DNA of 64,000 bases from an uncultured Gammaproteobacteria bacterium (GTDB taxonomy: Bacteria > Patescibacteriota > Patescibacteriia > Magasanikbacterales > UBA922). The stretch lies in NCBI GenBank assembly GCA_964433095.1, contig CAYSPW010000003.1:7034-71033 (forward strand), written 5' to 3'. The position numbers and the translations under genes are program-made. Under the pieces are notes generated by a model. The model worked only from the letters and a program-made list of their open reading frames with translations, ran no database searches and was not told the DNA's origin. Shown one piece after another: positions 10,060-17,992 of the stretch. Within the stretch, counting starts at the first letter, position 1. Every line of letters starts with the position of its first letter.

Positions 10060-10518
10060 TCATAACTCATGATTTAATCTCCTTGGCCGTGTTTGTTGTA
10101 TGGTGATGCGTCTTTGGTTGCGATAATGTTCAATTTGAATAATTTTCACTGATTTGTTTTTAAGCATATCTTGTATTTTTCGTGGCCATTCAATAATGGA
10201 CAAGGTATTTTTTTCTCCCAAATATTCTTCAATGCCCATCGCTTTCAATTCTGCTTGATTTAGCGCGCGATAAGTATCAATATGCGCTATGGCAGTTATG
10301 GTGTTTTTTTCTTTTTTTGGATCGTATACTTGAATCAAGGTAAAGGTGGGGCTGGCCACATGCTCAATGCCGAAATAGTGCAGCACTCCTTTGGCAAAAA
10401 CGGTTTTTCCGGCGCCCAGATCTCCTTCCAACATCAAAATATCACCGCCTTTCAATTGTTCAGCGATTTTTTCCCCCAATTCAAAGGTTTGTTGTTCGGA
10501 AGATGAAATGATTTGCAT
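10060..10518 (-). CDS. tsaE: tRNA threonylcarbamoyladenosine biosynthesis ATPase
   Basis: GDLGAGKT, SPTFTL, HIDTYR, IIEWP. Confidence 0.95.
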   Translation of the reverse strand: MQIISSSEQQTFELGEKIAEQLKGGDILMLEGDLGAGKTVFAKGVLHYFGIEHVASPTFTLIQVYDPKKEKNTITAIAHIDTYRALNQAELKAMGIEEYLGEKNTLSIIEWPRKIQDMLKNKSVKIIQIEHYRNQRRITIQQTRPRRLNHEL

Positions 10519-10520
10519 AA

Positions 10521-11768
10521 TTAGTTCAACTCCGGATAAAGCGGAAATTTACCTGTCATTTCTTTAATACCTAATTTGACTTCTGACAGTATTTGTCCGT
10601 TGTTATGATTTTGTATTACCCTGTCAACGAATTCCACTATCAATCGCATTTCTGTTTCTTTCATGCCGCGAGTGGTGACGGCCGGAGTACCGAGTCGGAT
10701 GCCCGAAGGATCCATCGGGCTGCGCGGATCATTGGGAATCATATTCTTATTTAGAGTAATGCCGGCTCGATCTAGAGCTTGTTCGGCCTGCTGTCCGGAT
10801 AGCCCTTTATTGCTTACGTCTAGCAAGAGTAGGTGATTATCTGTACCGCCGAACATTAATTTGTAGTCAAGCTGCTTGAATTTTTCTTCCAACGCTTTGG
10901 CGTTCTTTTTTATTTGGATGGCGTAGTCTATAAAAGCCGGCTCCTGTACTTCTTTGAAAGCGACCGCCTTGGCCGCGATATTATTTTCATGCGGTCCGCC
11001 TTGAAAGCCGGGGAATACCGCTTTGTCAATTTTTTTGGCGAATTGTTCTTTGCACATAATCATGCCGCCTCTGGGTCCGCGCAAGGTTTTATGAGTGGTA
11101 GTGGTCACCACGTCGAAAATAGGAACGGGGTTGTTCATTTGTTCGGCCGCTATCAATCCGGCGATATGTGCGATGTCGGCCATGGTCATGGCACCCACTT
11201 CATCGGCGATTTGTTGTATTTTTTCATAATCTATTTCACGCGAGTAGGCACTGTAGCCGACCAGTATCAATTTTGGCTTGTGTTTTAAGGCTTCATCGCG
11301 CAGATAATCAAGGTCAATCAGACCTTGTCTGTTGGTCATGTAGCGAATGAAGTTGAATATCCGGGCGATATATGTCACCGGATGCCCATGAGTCAGATGT
11401 CCGCCATGAGACAAATCCATGCCTAAGATGGTGTCGCCCGGATCAAGGAGGGCGAAGTAAGCGGCGATATTGGCCGGAGCCCCGGACAAAGGCTGTACGT
11501 TAACGTGTTCGGCAGCGAATATTTTTTTGGCCCTATCAATGGCCAACTGTTCAATATCATCAATGAATTTACAGCCGCCGTAGTATCTTTTGCCTGGATA
11601 ACCTTCCGAGTACTTGTTGGTCAATACCGAACCCAGAGCTTCCAGTACCGCGATTGATACGAAATTTTCCGACGGTATCAATTCCAATCCGGTTTCCTGT
11701 CGCTCCAGCTCGCATTTAATCGCTTCCTTAACTATTGGATCGAACTTTTCCAGCTTTAATTTATTCAT
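10521..11768 (-). CDS. glyA: Serine hydroxymethyltransferase
   Basis: LIPSENF, NKYSEGYPGKRYYGGC, TTTTHKTLRGPRGG. Confidence 0.98.
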   Translation of the reverse strand: MNKLKLEKFDPIVKEAIKCELERQETGLELIPSENFVSIAVLEALGSVLTNKYSEGYPGKRYYGGCKFIDDIEQLAIDRAKKIFAAEHVNVQPLSGAPANIAAYFALLDPGDTILGMDLSHGGHLTHGHPVTYIARIFNFIRYMTNRQGLIDLDYLRDEALKHKPKLILVGYSAYSREIDYEKIQQIADEVGAMTMADIAHIAGLIAAEQMNNPVPIFDVVTTTTHKTLRGPRGGMIMCKEQFAKKIDKAVFPGFQGGPHENNIAAKAVAFKEVQEPAFIDYAIQIKKNAKALEEKFKQLDYKLMFGGTDNHLLLLDVSNKGLSGQQAEQALDRAGITLNKNMIPNDPRSPMDPSGIRLGTPAVTTRGMKETEMRLIVEFVDRVIQNHNNGQILSEVKLGIKEMTGKFPLYPELN

Positions 11769-11833
11769 AAAATTTTTTTGAAAAATTTAGTTTTTTTGGT
11801 GATTAAAAAATATCTAATCATTATTATATCAAA

Positions 11834-13474
11834 TCAGATTTTTTTGACCATATACGTGCCTTGTTTTCTATAGCCTAATTTGCGGTAATATTTTCTTACT
11901 CCCACACCGGAAATTACCGCTATTTTACTAAAGCCGGATTTTTTGGCCAGCTGTTCCGCTTTTTCTACCAATTTTTTACCCAAGCCATGGTGTTGCGAAG
12001 CTTTTGTTTGTATTGTACCCAGCTCAACCAGCTGTCCGTATACATGCAGTTCGCGTATAAAAGCGCAATTATTGATTTCAGGCATTAGCTGTACCAATTT
12101 TTTATCTACCGCCTGAGCGGGAATTCTTAGGCGCAAAAAAGCGAAAACCGCCTGTCTTTGATTGTCTTCAAAGCTTAAAAAATATTCTTTTCCTCCCCGG
12201 GTTTGATATGTATAGAAAAATGATTTGATTTTCTTTTTGTCCTTTTTATCCGCTTTGTCTTGATGGCCGATTTCCCGGCATCTCAGGCAGCGACATTTCA
12301 AGCCGCGCTCGTTCATTTCCCTTTTTAATTGTTCGCGTAAATTTGTTACCTTATTTCCGGCTTTAATGTCAGTATCCGGAATATCGCGGACCAGCCTGGA
12401 AATGCGGCAATAGCGCGGTGTGGCTAATTTCATTTCAATTAAAGCTTGGAGTAGTTTTTCATTACCATAAGGTTTGTACATGCCGGATTGATACCAGCGG
12501 TGTAAGCGAGCGCTTTTAATTACCGTACAAGGGTAGATTTTTACCATATCGGGCTTTAAACCCGGATCGGAAAAAAGCAATTTGTACATGGCAACATCAT
12601 GTCGCGAATCAGATCCGGGTAGATCGGGCATGAAATGTAGATCAACTTTAAATCCGGCTTGACGCAAAAGAAAAACCGCTTGTTTGAATCGTTCCACCGT
12701 ATGGCCGCGTTTTATTGTTTTAAGAATGTCGTCATCCGGGGCCTGTAGACCAAGCTCAATTCTGGTACAGCCCTGTAGGCGCATCTGTTTCATTGTTTTG
12801 GGAATTATCGCGTCAGGTCTGGTTTCAAGAGTCAGTCCGACTATTTTATGTTTGGCAAGCTTGTCATTATAATCTTGCTCGGATTCCAGTTCTTGTTTTA
12901 ATTTTTCAATACTGAAATTCTCAAATGGTTTAAGCCGGACGGTGAGTTTTTTTCTGCTGAGATCATTGCAGGCTTTAAAAGATTGCAAAATATACCAAAA
13001 TTGATATTTAAGCGGATAAGCGTTCCATGTGCCTCCTTTGATAATGTATTCAATCTTGTCGGTGGGATGTCCGCTTTTATTTAGCATTTCTATCCTTTTT
13101 TGCATTTGCGCATAAGGATCAAATTTTAAAGCCAAAGCCCGGGCAGCGGCCGGTTCGCTGGCCAGATAGCTTTTCGGCATTTTTTTTTCTTCCGGACAAT
13201 AGACGCAATTTCCCGGACAAGGATGCGGTTCTGTAAGTGAAGTGACAATGGCCACGCCGGAAAGGGTTCTGATGTTTGCTTTACGCATGAACAATTCCAT
13301 TTTTTTATTCCTCTTTAGTCTTTTCTTTTTTATTAAATTATGATAGGCTTTTAAAAGATTACGATTGGAAATTTGCGGTATTTTAAGGCGGGCGCAGACT
13401 TTTCTTCTGGTGTCGTCAAATTCAGCCTTGGTTTTGGGCCTTTTAGATTTGATTTCCAGTAGTATTTTTTCCAA
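11834..13474 (-). CDS. elp3: Elp3-family radical SAM/GNAT tRNA uridine(34) carboxymethyltransferase
   Basis: RTLSGVA, CPGNCVYCP, LETRPD, RIELGLQ, KIYP, RELHVYG, SQHHGLG, ISGVGVRKYYRKLGY; TTG start uncertain. Confidence 0.93.
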   Translation of the reverse strand: MEKILLEIKSKRPKTKAEFDDTRRKVCARLKIPQISNRNLLKAYHNLIKKKRLKRNKKMELFMRKANIRTLSGVAIVTSLTEPHPCPGNCVYCPEEKKMPKSYLASEPAAARALALKFDPYAQMQKRIEMLNKSGHPTDKIEYIIKGGTWNAYPLKYQFWYILQSFKACNDLSRKKLTVRLKPFENFSIEKLKQELESEQDYNDKLAKHKIVGLTLETRPDAIIPKTMKQMRLQGCTRIELGLQAPDDDILKTIKRGHTVERFKQAVFLLRQAGFKVDLHFMPDLPGSDSRHDVAMYKLLFSDPGLKPDMVKIYPCTVIKSARLHRWYQSGMYKPYGNEKLLQALIEMKLATPRYCRISRLVRDIPDTDIKAGNKVTNLREQLKREMNERGLKCRCLRCREIGHQDKADKKDKKKIKSFFYTYQTRGGKEYFLSFEDNQRQAVFAFLRLRIPAQAVDKKLVQLMPEINNCAFIRELHVYGQLVELGTIQTKASQHHGLGKKLVEKAEQLAKKSGFSKIAVISGVGVRKYYRKLGYRKQGTYMVKKI

Positions 13475-13489
13475 GCCAATTAAATTAAT

Positions 13490-14191
13490 ATGATTGATAG
13501 TAAAAAATTAATTGAACAAAACAAACAAGTTTACGATAAAATTGCCCTGCCATTTGCTCAAACTCGCAAGTTCGTTTGGGCCGATTTAAAACCCTTGGCC
13601 AAGTATACCAAAGACGGATACAAAGTATTAGATCTGGGCTGTGGCAGTGGTAGACTGTATCAGCTTTTTCAAGATTTGTCCATAAAATATATCGGAGTGG
13701 ACCAGAGTAAAAAGCAGCTGCAAAATGCCGAAAAAAAATATCCGGCCGCTAAATTAATTATATCAGAGATGAGGAATTTGCCATTTGCGGACAATGAATT
13801 TAATGTAATTTACTGTATTGCCACTTTTCATCACCTGCCAAGTAAAGAGAGTAGGTTGGAAGCTTTAGCCGAAATGAAGCGTGTTCTAAAACTTGGCGGC
13901 AGAGTAATTTTTACTAATTGGAATCTATTTTCCAAAAGTGCCGCAAAAACGGTTGAAAAAGGAAAGTGGAAAATAAAACGGGGAAGCGAGGCTGACTTTT
14001 TCGTGCCCTGGATGTCTTCAGATGGTAAAGTTTTGGGAGATAGATACTATTATGGATACAGACCGCGGGAGTTGAAAGAATTATTTCAATCAGCGGGTTT
14101 TTTTATGGAAGAGCACTATTATAGTAGAAAAGGGGAGAAGAGTAGCGTGGAAAAAGGACACAATATTGTGAGTGTCGTCAAAAAAATATAA
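13490..14191 (+). CDS. Class I SAM methyltransferase, Trm9/ALKBH8-like
   Basis: VYDKIALPFAQTR..W, LDLGCGSGR, IATFHHL...R, DFFVPW, RYY match the Trm9 motif order. Confidence 0.8.
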   Translation: MIDSKKLIEQNKQVYDKIALPFAQTRKFVWADLKPLAKYTKDGYKVLDLGCGSGRLYQLFQDLSIKYIGVDQSKKQLQNAEKKYPAAKLIISEMRNLPFADNEFNVIYCIATFHHLPSKESRLEALAEMKRVLKLGGRVIFTNWNLFSKSAAKTVEKGKWKIKRGSEADFFVPWMSSDGKVLGDRYYYGYRPRELKELFQSAGFFMEEHYYSRKGEKSSVEKGHNIVSVVKKI

Positions 14192-14195
14192 ATTT

Positions 14196-15077
14196 TCATC
14201 TTCCGGTAATCAAACAACATACCGGCCGATCGAATTTACAGCCTTTATCCAAGGCTTTTTTTAATCCGGCAATTGATAAAGCGGAGTTTGGTGAGATACG
14301 TATGCCGGTGGTTTCTTGGGTTGTTTTTCGCGCCTGTTTTATATCTTTATCACTCACAACCCAGCCGGATCCATTTGATTTTTTTATAATTTCCAAAACT
14401 TCATTTTTTCTGTGCGCTATTTTGTCAACTATTGCCCCGGCAATGGAAATTTCATCTTTTGCCGTAAAATCATTGTCAAATTCACAGGCTATCGGATGGC
14501 AGTACTCGGTCTGCACCGCGTGAATTTGCGGATTGTGTGTCAATTTTTCAAAAGCCATACCCAAAGCCTTGGCGGTAGTGCCGGAGGAGGTGGGGATAAA
14601 AACGGCCTCAAGTCCCTCTATTTTATCTAACTCTTGCGCCAGCGAGCTGTATCCGATGAGCGCTGATTCGTCCGTGGACTGGCGCAGGTATTTAGCCCGC
14701 TTGGATTTATCAAGTTGAAAAGCGGTCTGCTTGGGTTTTTCCACCTGTTCAATTGTTATTCTTTCATCTGTGGCCAGTCTGTGCAGCCGGCCATATTTGG
14801 CCGGATCTATTTTTTTTCCCGTATAGACGCTTAAATAAAGCTGTTCATCATTGTTTCTGTTAAAATCAGATACATATTGAATCGCCGTCAAAGCGGCATT
14901 GCCCGAAGAAGAGATGACAAAATTGTTCCAACCGTTTTTATGGTGGACTTCAATCATAGGGGGGATGGAGCGGCCTTTGTGCGATCCGTAGCGGTGCCGA
15001 TCTTCGCGCTTCAGGTAAATTGTATTCAGCCCCAGCTCAGCTGCCAGCTTGGGGTGGTTTAATTGCGGAGTTTGCAT
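14196..15077 (-). CDS. Fold-type II PLP-dependent enzyme (threonine/cysteine synthase-like)
   Basis: LKRED...GSHKGR (PLP lysine), SSSGNAA, PTSSGTT, C-terminal LITG. Confidence 0.85.
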   Translation of the reverse strand: MQTPQLNHPKLAAELGLNTIYLKREDRHRYGSHKGRSIPPMIEVHHKNGWNNFVISSSGNAALTAIQYVSDFNRNNDEQLYLSVYTGKKIDPAKYGRLHRLATDERITIEQVEKPKQTAFQLDKSKRAKYLRQSTDESALIGYSSLAQELDKIEGLEAVFIPTSSGTTAKALGMAFEKLTHNPQIHAVQTEYCHPIACEFDNDFTAKDEISIAGAIVDKIAHRKNEVLEIIKKSNGSGWVVSDKDIKQARKTTQETTGIRISPNSALSIAGLKKALDKGCKFDRPVCCLITGR

Positions 15078-15145
15078 GCTAGTTTGAAATATTTTTTTTA
15101 ATGATGTAAAATTAACAAACCGTTATTTCTAAATATATTAAAATT

Positions 15146-15310
15146 ATGAAATTAATTTGTCCAGAGTGTAAAAACCAAGTAGACTTGACCGATTATCCTG
15201 ATTTGAGAATAGAACATATTGTGGAATGTAATATGTGCGGTATTACTTTGCAGGTGACAAATATTGACAACGACACGGTTATCACTGAAATCGTGGACGA
15301 AGGAAAGTAG
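15146..15310 (+). CDS. LysW-like zinc-ribbon carrier protein, 54 aa (not in the ORF track)
   Basis: Manual translation MKLICPECKNQVDLTDYPDLRIEHIVECNMCGITLQVTNIDNDTVITEIVDEGK; CPEC...CNMCG...LQV pattern with acidic tail; AT-rich leader like core genes. Confidence 0.85.
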   Translation: MKLICPECKNQVDLTDYPDLRIEHIVECNMCGITLQVTNIDNDTVITEIVDEGK

Positions 15311-15331
15311 CGCAAGGAAAAACAGGCGCGG

Positions 15332-16729
15332 TTACAAAGCTTCTTTTTGTTTTTCAATCAATTGTTCAATCATGCCCCGAAAACCACGTGATCCAAGAAA
15401 GACCACCACATCGTTTTGATCGGTGTTTCGGTTTAGATAATCCACCAGCTCGGTGTCCGATTCAATGTATTTGGTATCGGTGTGGGTTCGCGAAATAACA
15501 CGGGCCAGTTCTTGTCCGTCAAACGCGGCCTGTTTGTCCGGGTCCTTTTTAATGATACTTAATCTGGGAATTAGTACTTGGTCGGCATCGGCAAAAGCAT
15601 TTTTGTATCCCGGGGCCGAGCTGGGCTGGCGATTGCCGGTGTTAGGCTCAAAGACCGCGAATATTTTTCCATTATAAATCCGCCGTAAATTTTGTAGAGT
15701 AAAGGCTGTTTTGGCCGGTGAATGGGCAATATCGTCATAGATGATGATTTTGCCGCTGTATCTCTTTTCCAGTCTTCTTTTGAGTCCGGGAAATTTTTTG
15801 ATGCTTTCAATAACCGATTGTGATGGAATGCCGACTTCGTTCGCCAAGGCAAAACAGCCGGTAATATTCTCGGCCATGAATTGGCCGATCATGGGAGAAT
15901 TGATATTAAATTCAGTCTGCTTGTGCTTAATTTTAAACCGAATGCCGTTTTCATTTTGTGTCATTTCCGAATACTGATATTGGGAATCCGCGTTTTTTCC
16001 GTATCTGATAATTTCAGGGCCGTCTTGCGTGAATCGTAGCGACTTTATGGTATCAGAACATACTATTATCCCGTTTTTCGGTATGGAATCAGTCAATTTT
16101 TCAAAGATTTGCCTGTATTTTTTTTCAGTTGGATAAATATCGGCGTGATCCCATCTTAACCCTGTCAAGATTAAATGAGTGGGTGAGTAATGACTGAATT
16201 TGGGCGACATATCCCAGCGCGCGCTTTTGTATTCGTCTCCTTCCAGCACCGACCAGTCGCCGGATCCGATGTGGGAGGATAAGAAATTTTTATCCGCGCA
16301 CAAGCCACCGAACATGTAGCTGGGAGCGAATCCGACTTGTTCCAAGATGAACGCCAGCAAAGCGGATGTACTGGTTTTGCCGTAAGTGCCGGCGCAGACA
16401 ATTGAATTGGACTTAACAAAAAATTGTTTGATTAGCTGCGGATAGGAAACAAATTTCAGATTTTTTTCCTGCACGTATCGCCATTCCGGATTGGTTGATC
16501 CGGCCACGTTTCCCACCACCACCAAATCAGGATCGCCATCGGCGTTCATCTTGTCCACATGCCAACCCGGATAAAAGTAAATATCATGTTTTATCAGATG
16601 GGTGGATACGGGAGGAAAAAAGCCTTTGTCAGATCCGGTTACTTTATGGCCATTTTCTTTCAAGGCGATGGCCAAGGCGCTCATGGCTACGCCGCAAATG
16701 CCGATGAAGTGGATGTGTTGATTATTCAT
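15332..16729 (-). CDS. Mur ligase of the Mpl (murein peptide ligase) type
   Basis: HFIGICGVAMSALA, GSD..FPPVS, AGTYGKTST, EGDEY, DHADIY, RRLE, DDIAHSP. Confidence 0.85.
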   Translation of the reverse strand: MNNQHIHFIGICGVAMSALAIALKENGHKVTGSDKGFFPPVSTHLIKHDIYFYPGWHVDKMNADGDPDLVVVGNVAGSTNPEWRYVQEKNLKFVSYPQLIKQFFVKSNSIVCAGTYGKTSTSALLAFILEQVGFAPSYMFGGLCADKNFLSSHIGSGDWSVLEGDEYKSARWDMSPKFSHYSPTHLILTGLRWDHADIYPTEKKYRQIFEKLTDSIPKNGIIVCSDTIKSLRFTQDGPEIIRYGKNADSQYQYSEMTQNENGIRFKIKHKQTEFNINSPMIGQFMAENITGCFALANEVGIPSQSVIESIKKFPGLKRRLEKRYSGKIIIYDDIAHSPAKTAFTLQNLRRIYNGKIFAVFEPNTGNRQPSSAPGYKNAFADADQVLIPRLSIIKKDPDKQAAFDGQELARVISRTHTDTKYIESDTELVDYLNRNTDQNDVVVFLGSRGFRGMIEQLIEKQKEAL

Positions 16730-17319
16730 AATTTTTTTGAGTTTCAGTGTACACTATACAGTGAAATTTGCCAATTACTTTTTTATATTTATTTTTATCT
16801 TGAATAAAGTCATTAATTTGTATATCTTCGCCATCATGGTTGTAAATTTCAATATCCTGTTCATTACAGCCGAATATTTGCCGACTTCGGTCCGGTGCCC
16901 ACAATATCATTTTTGGCGGATCAGTATCCAAAGTATACGCCACATTGATATTATTGTCATTGGGAAATTCATGCATTTTTTTGCCCGCGCGTAAATTATG
17001 CCGGTTTGATCCGGGACGGACCGTTTATTTTCCATATTGGTGACAAAGGTTTCAAAACGGTAACCGGCTTTTTCTTTGTCTTCGCCGGTATTTTTAGTGC
17101 CGGCCAACTTCAGCAGCTTGTTTCCCGTGGTGATCATGTATGTCAACCAATTCGGATTAATCGTTTTTTACTATCCGTATATCTGGTTTTTTCAGAAACC
17201 GATTCCGCCGGATTGGCCTTGGCGATCATTTCCATGGCCTGTTGGTATGAAGTTCGTTGAATTTGAATCTGAGAATTAAGTTTTTCAATTTCGAGTTCTT
17301 TGTATTTAGATTCAATCAT
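16722..17319 (-). pseudogene. Hypothetical gene (about 199 aa) broken by two frameshifts at poly-A tracts
   Basis: Three consecutive reading frames (ATG at 17319; track ORFs 16907..17146 and 16722..16976) join into one ORF if one A is added to the A6 run near 17164-17169 and one to the A7 run at 16976-16982. Confidence 0.6.
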
Positions 17320-17340
17320 ATTTGATTAGACCGGAATAAA

Positions 17341-17991
17341 TTATTCTGTCAGTATGTCTTTCAAATCACCTGTATTTTCGCGCCATTTTTCACCATCAAA
17401 CCATTCCAGGCCTTTGAATTGCAATTTATATTTATCTCCCGGTCGTTGCGCCGAACCGAGATAAAAATATTTTTTATGTTTATCCATGGCATGTATTATC
17501 GCCTTCAACATCATTCCCATGCCCAAGTTCTTTATTTCCCCACTAAGATCCGTTCGGTAAAAAGGATAACAATAGTGAATTATTTTATCGGTTTCAACCG
17601 AAATGCAATAACCAACTATTTTATCATCAAGCCGGTATTCAAGCAGCATGTTAAAATTGTGATCTCGGGTGAGAATTTCTCTTGCCTTGTTGGCGCTGAA
17701 TGTTCCTTTGCCGAATTTGGATTGGTAAAAATCTTTGGCCATTTTCGCTATTTTCCAAGAGTAATCGGTTAAAGGTACGGATTTGGCGATAAGAGATAAT
17801 TGCGCGGTTTTTTTTAAAACCCTTCTGTTTTCACTGCTTGGCACAAATTCGGATAAATCAATTCTCAAGGCTCTGGTTCGATTCATCTCTCCTTTGGCCA
17901 ATCTGGTAAAAACATAACCTTTGGCGTACAGCCTATTAACATTTTGATCGGAAAAGTCTATTATATTTTTTTTATCCCAGCTCAAATACAT
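17341..17991 (-). CDS. Aminoacyl-tRNA--protein transferase-like GNAT protein (ATE/Bpt family)
   Basis: LRIDLSEFVPSSENRRVLKK, LEYRLDDKIVG, YPFY, LGMGMML, YFYLG...YKLQF. Confidence 0.8.
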   Translation of the reverse strand: MYLSWDKKNIIDFSDQNVNRLYAKGYVFTRLAKGEMNRTRALRIDLSEFVPSSENRRVLKKTAQLSLIAKSVPLTDYSWKIAKMAKDFYQSKFGKGTFSANKAREILTRDHNFNMLLEYRLDDKIVGYCISVETDKIIHYCYPFYRTDLSGEIKNLGMGMMLKAIIHAMDKHKKYFYLGSAQRPGDKYKLQFKGLEWFDGEKWRENTGDLKDILTE

Positions 17992-17992
17992 A

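Noticed and set aside
15146-15310. Lysine or arginine biosynthesis via LysW
   Set aside because: No EDWGE terminus and no lysZ/Y/J/K or argB/C/D/E genes in the window
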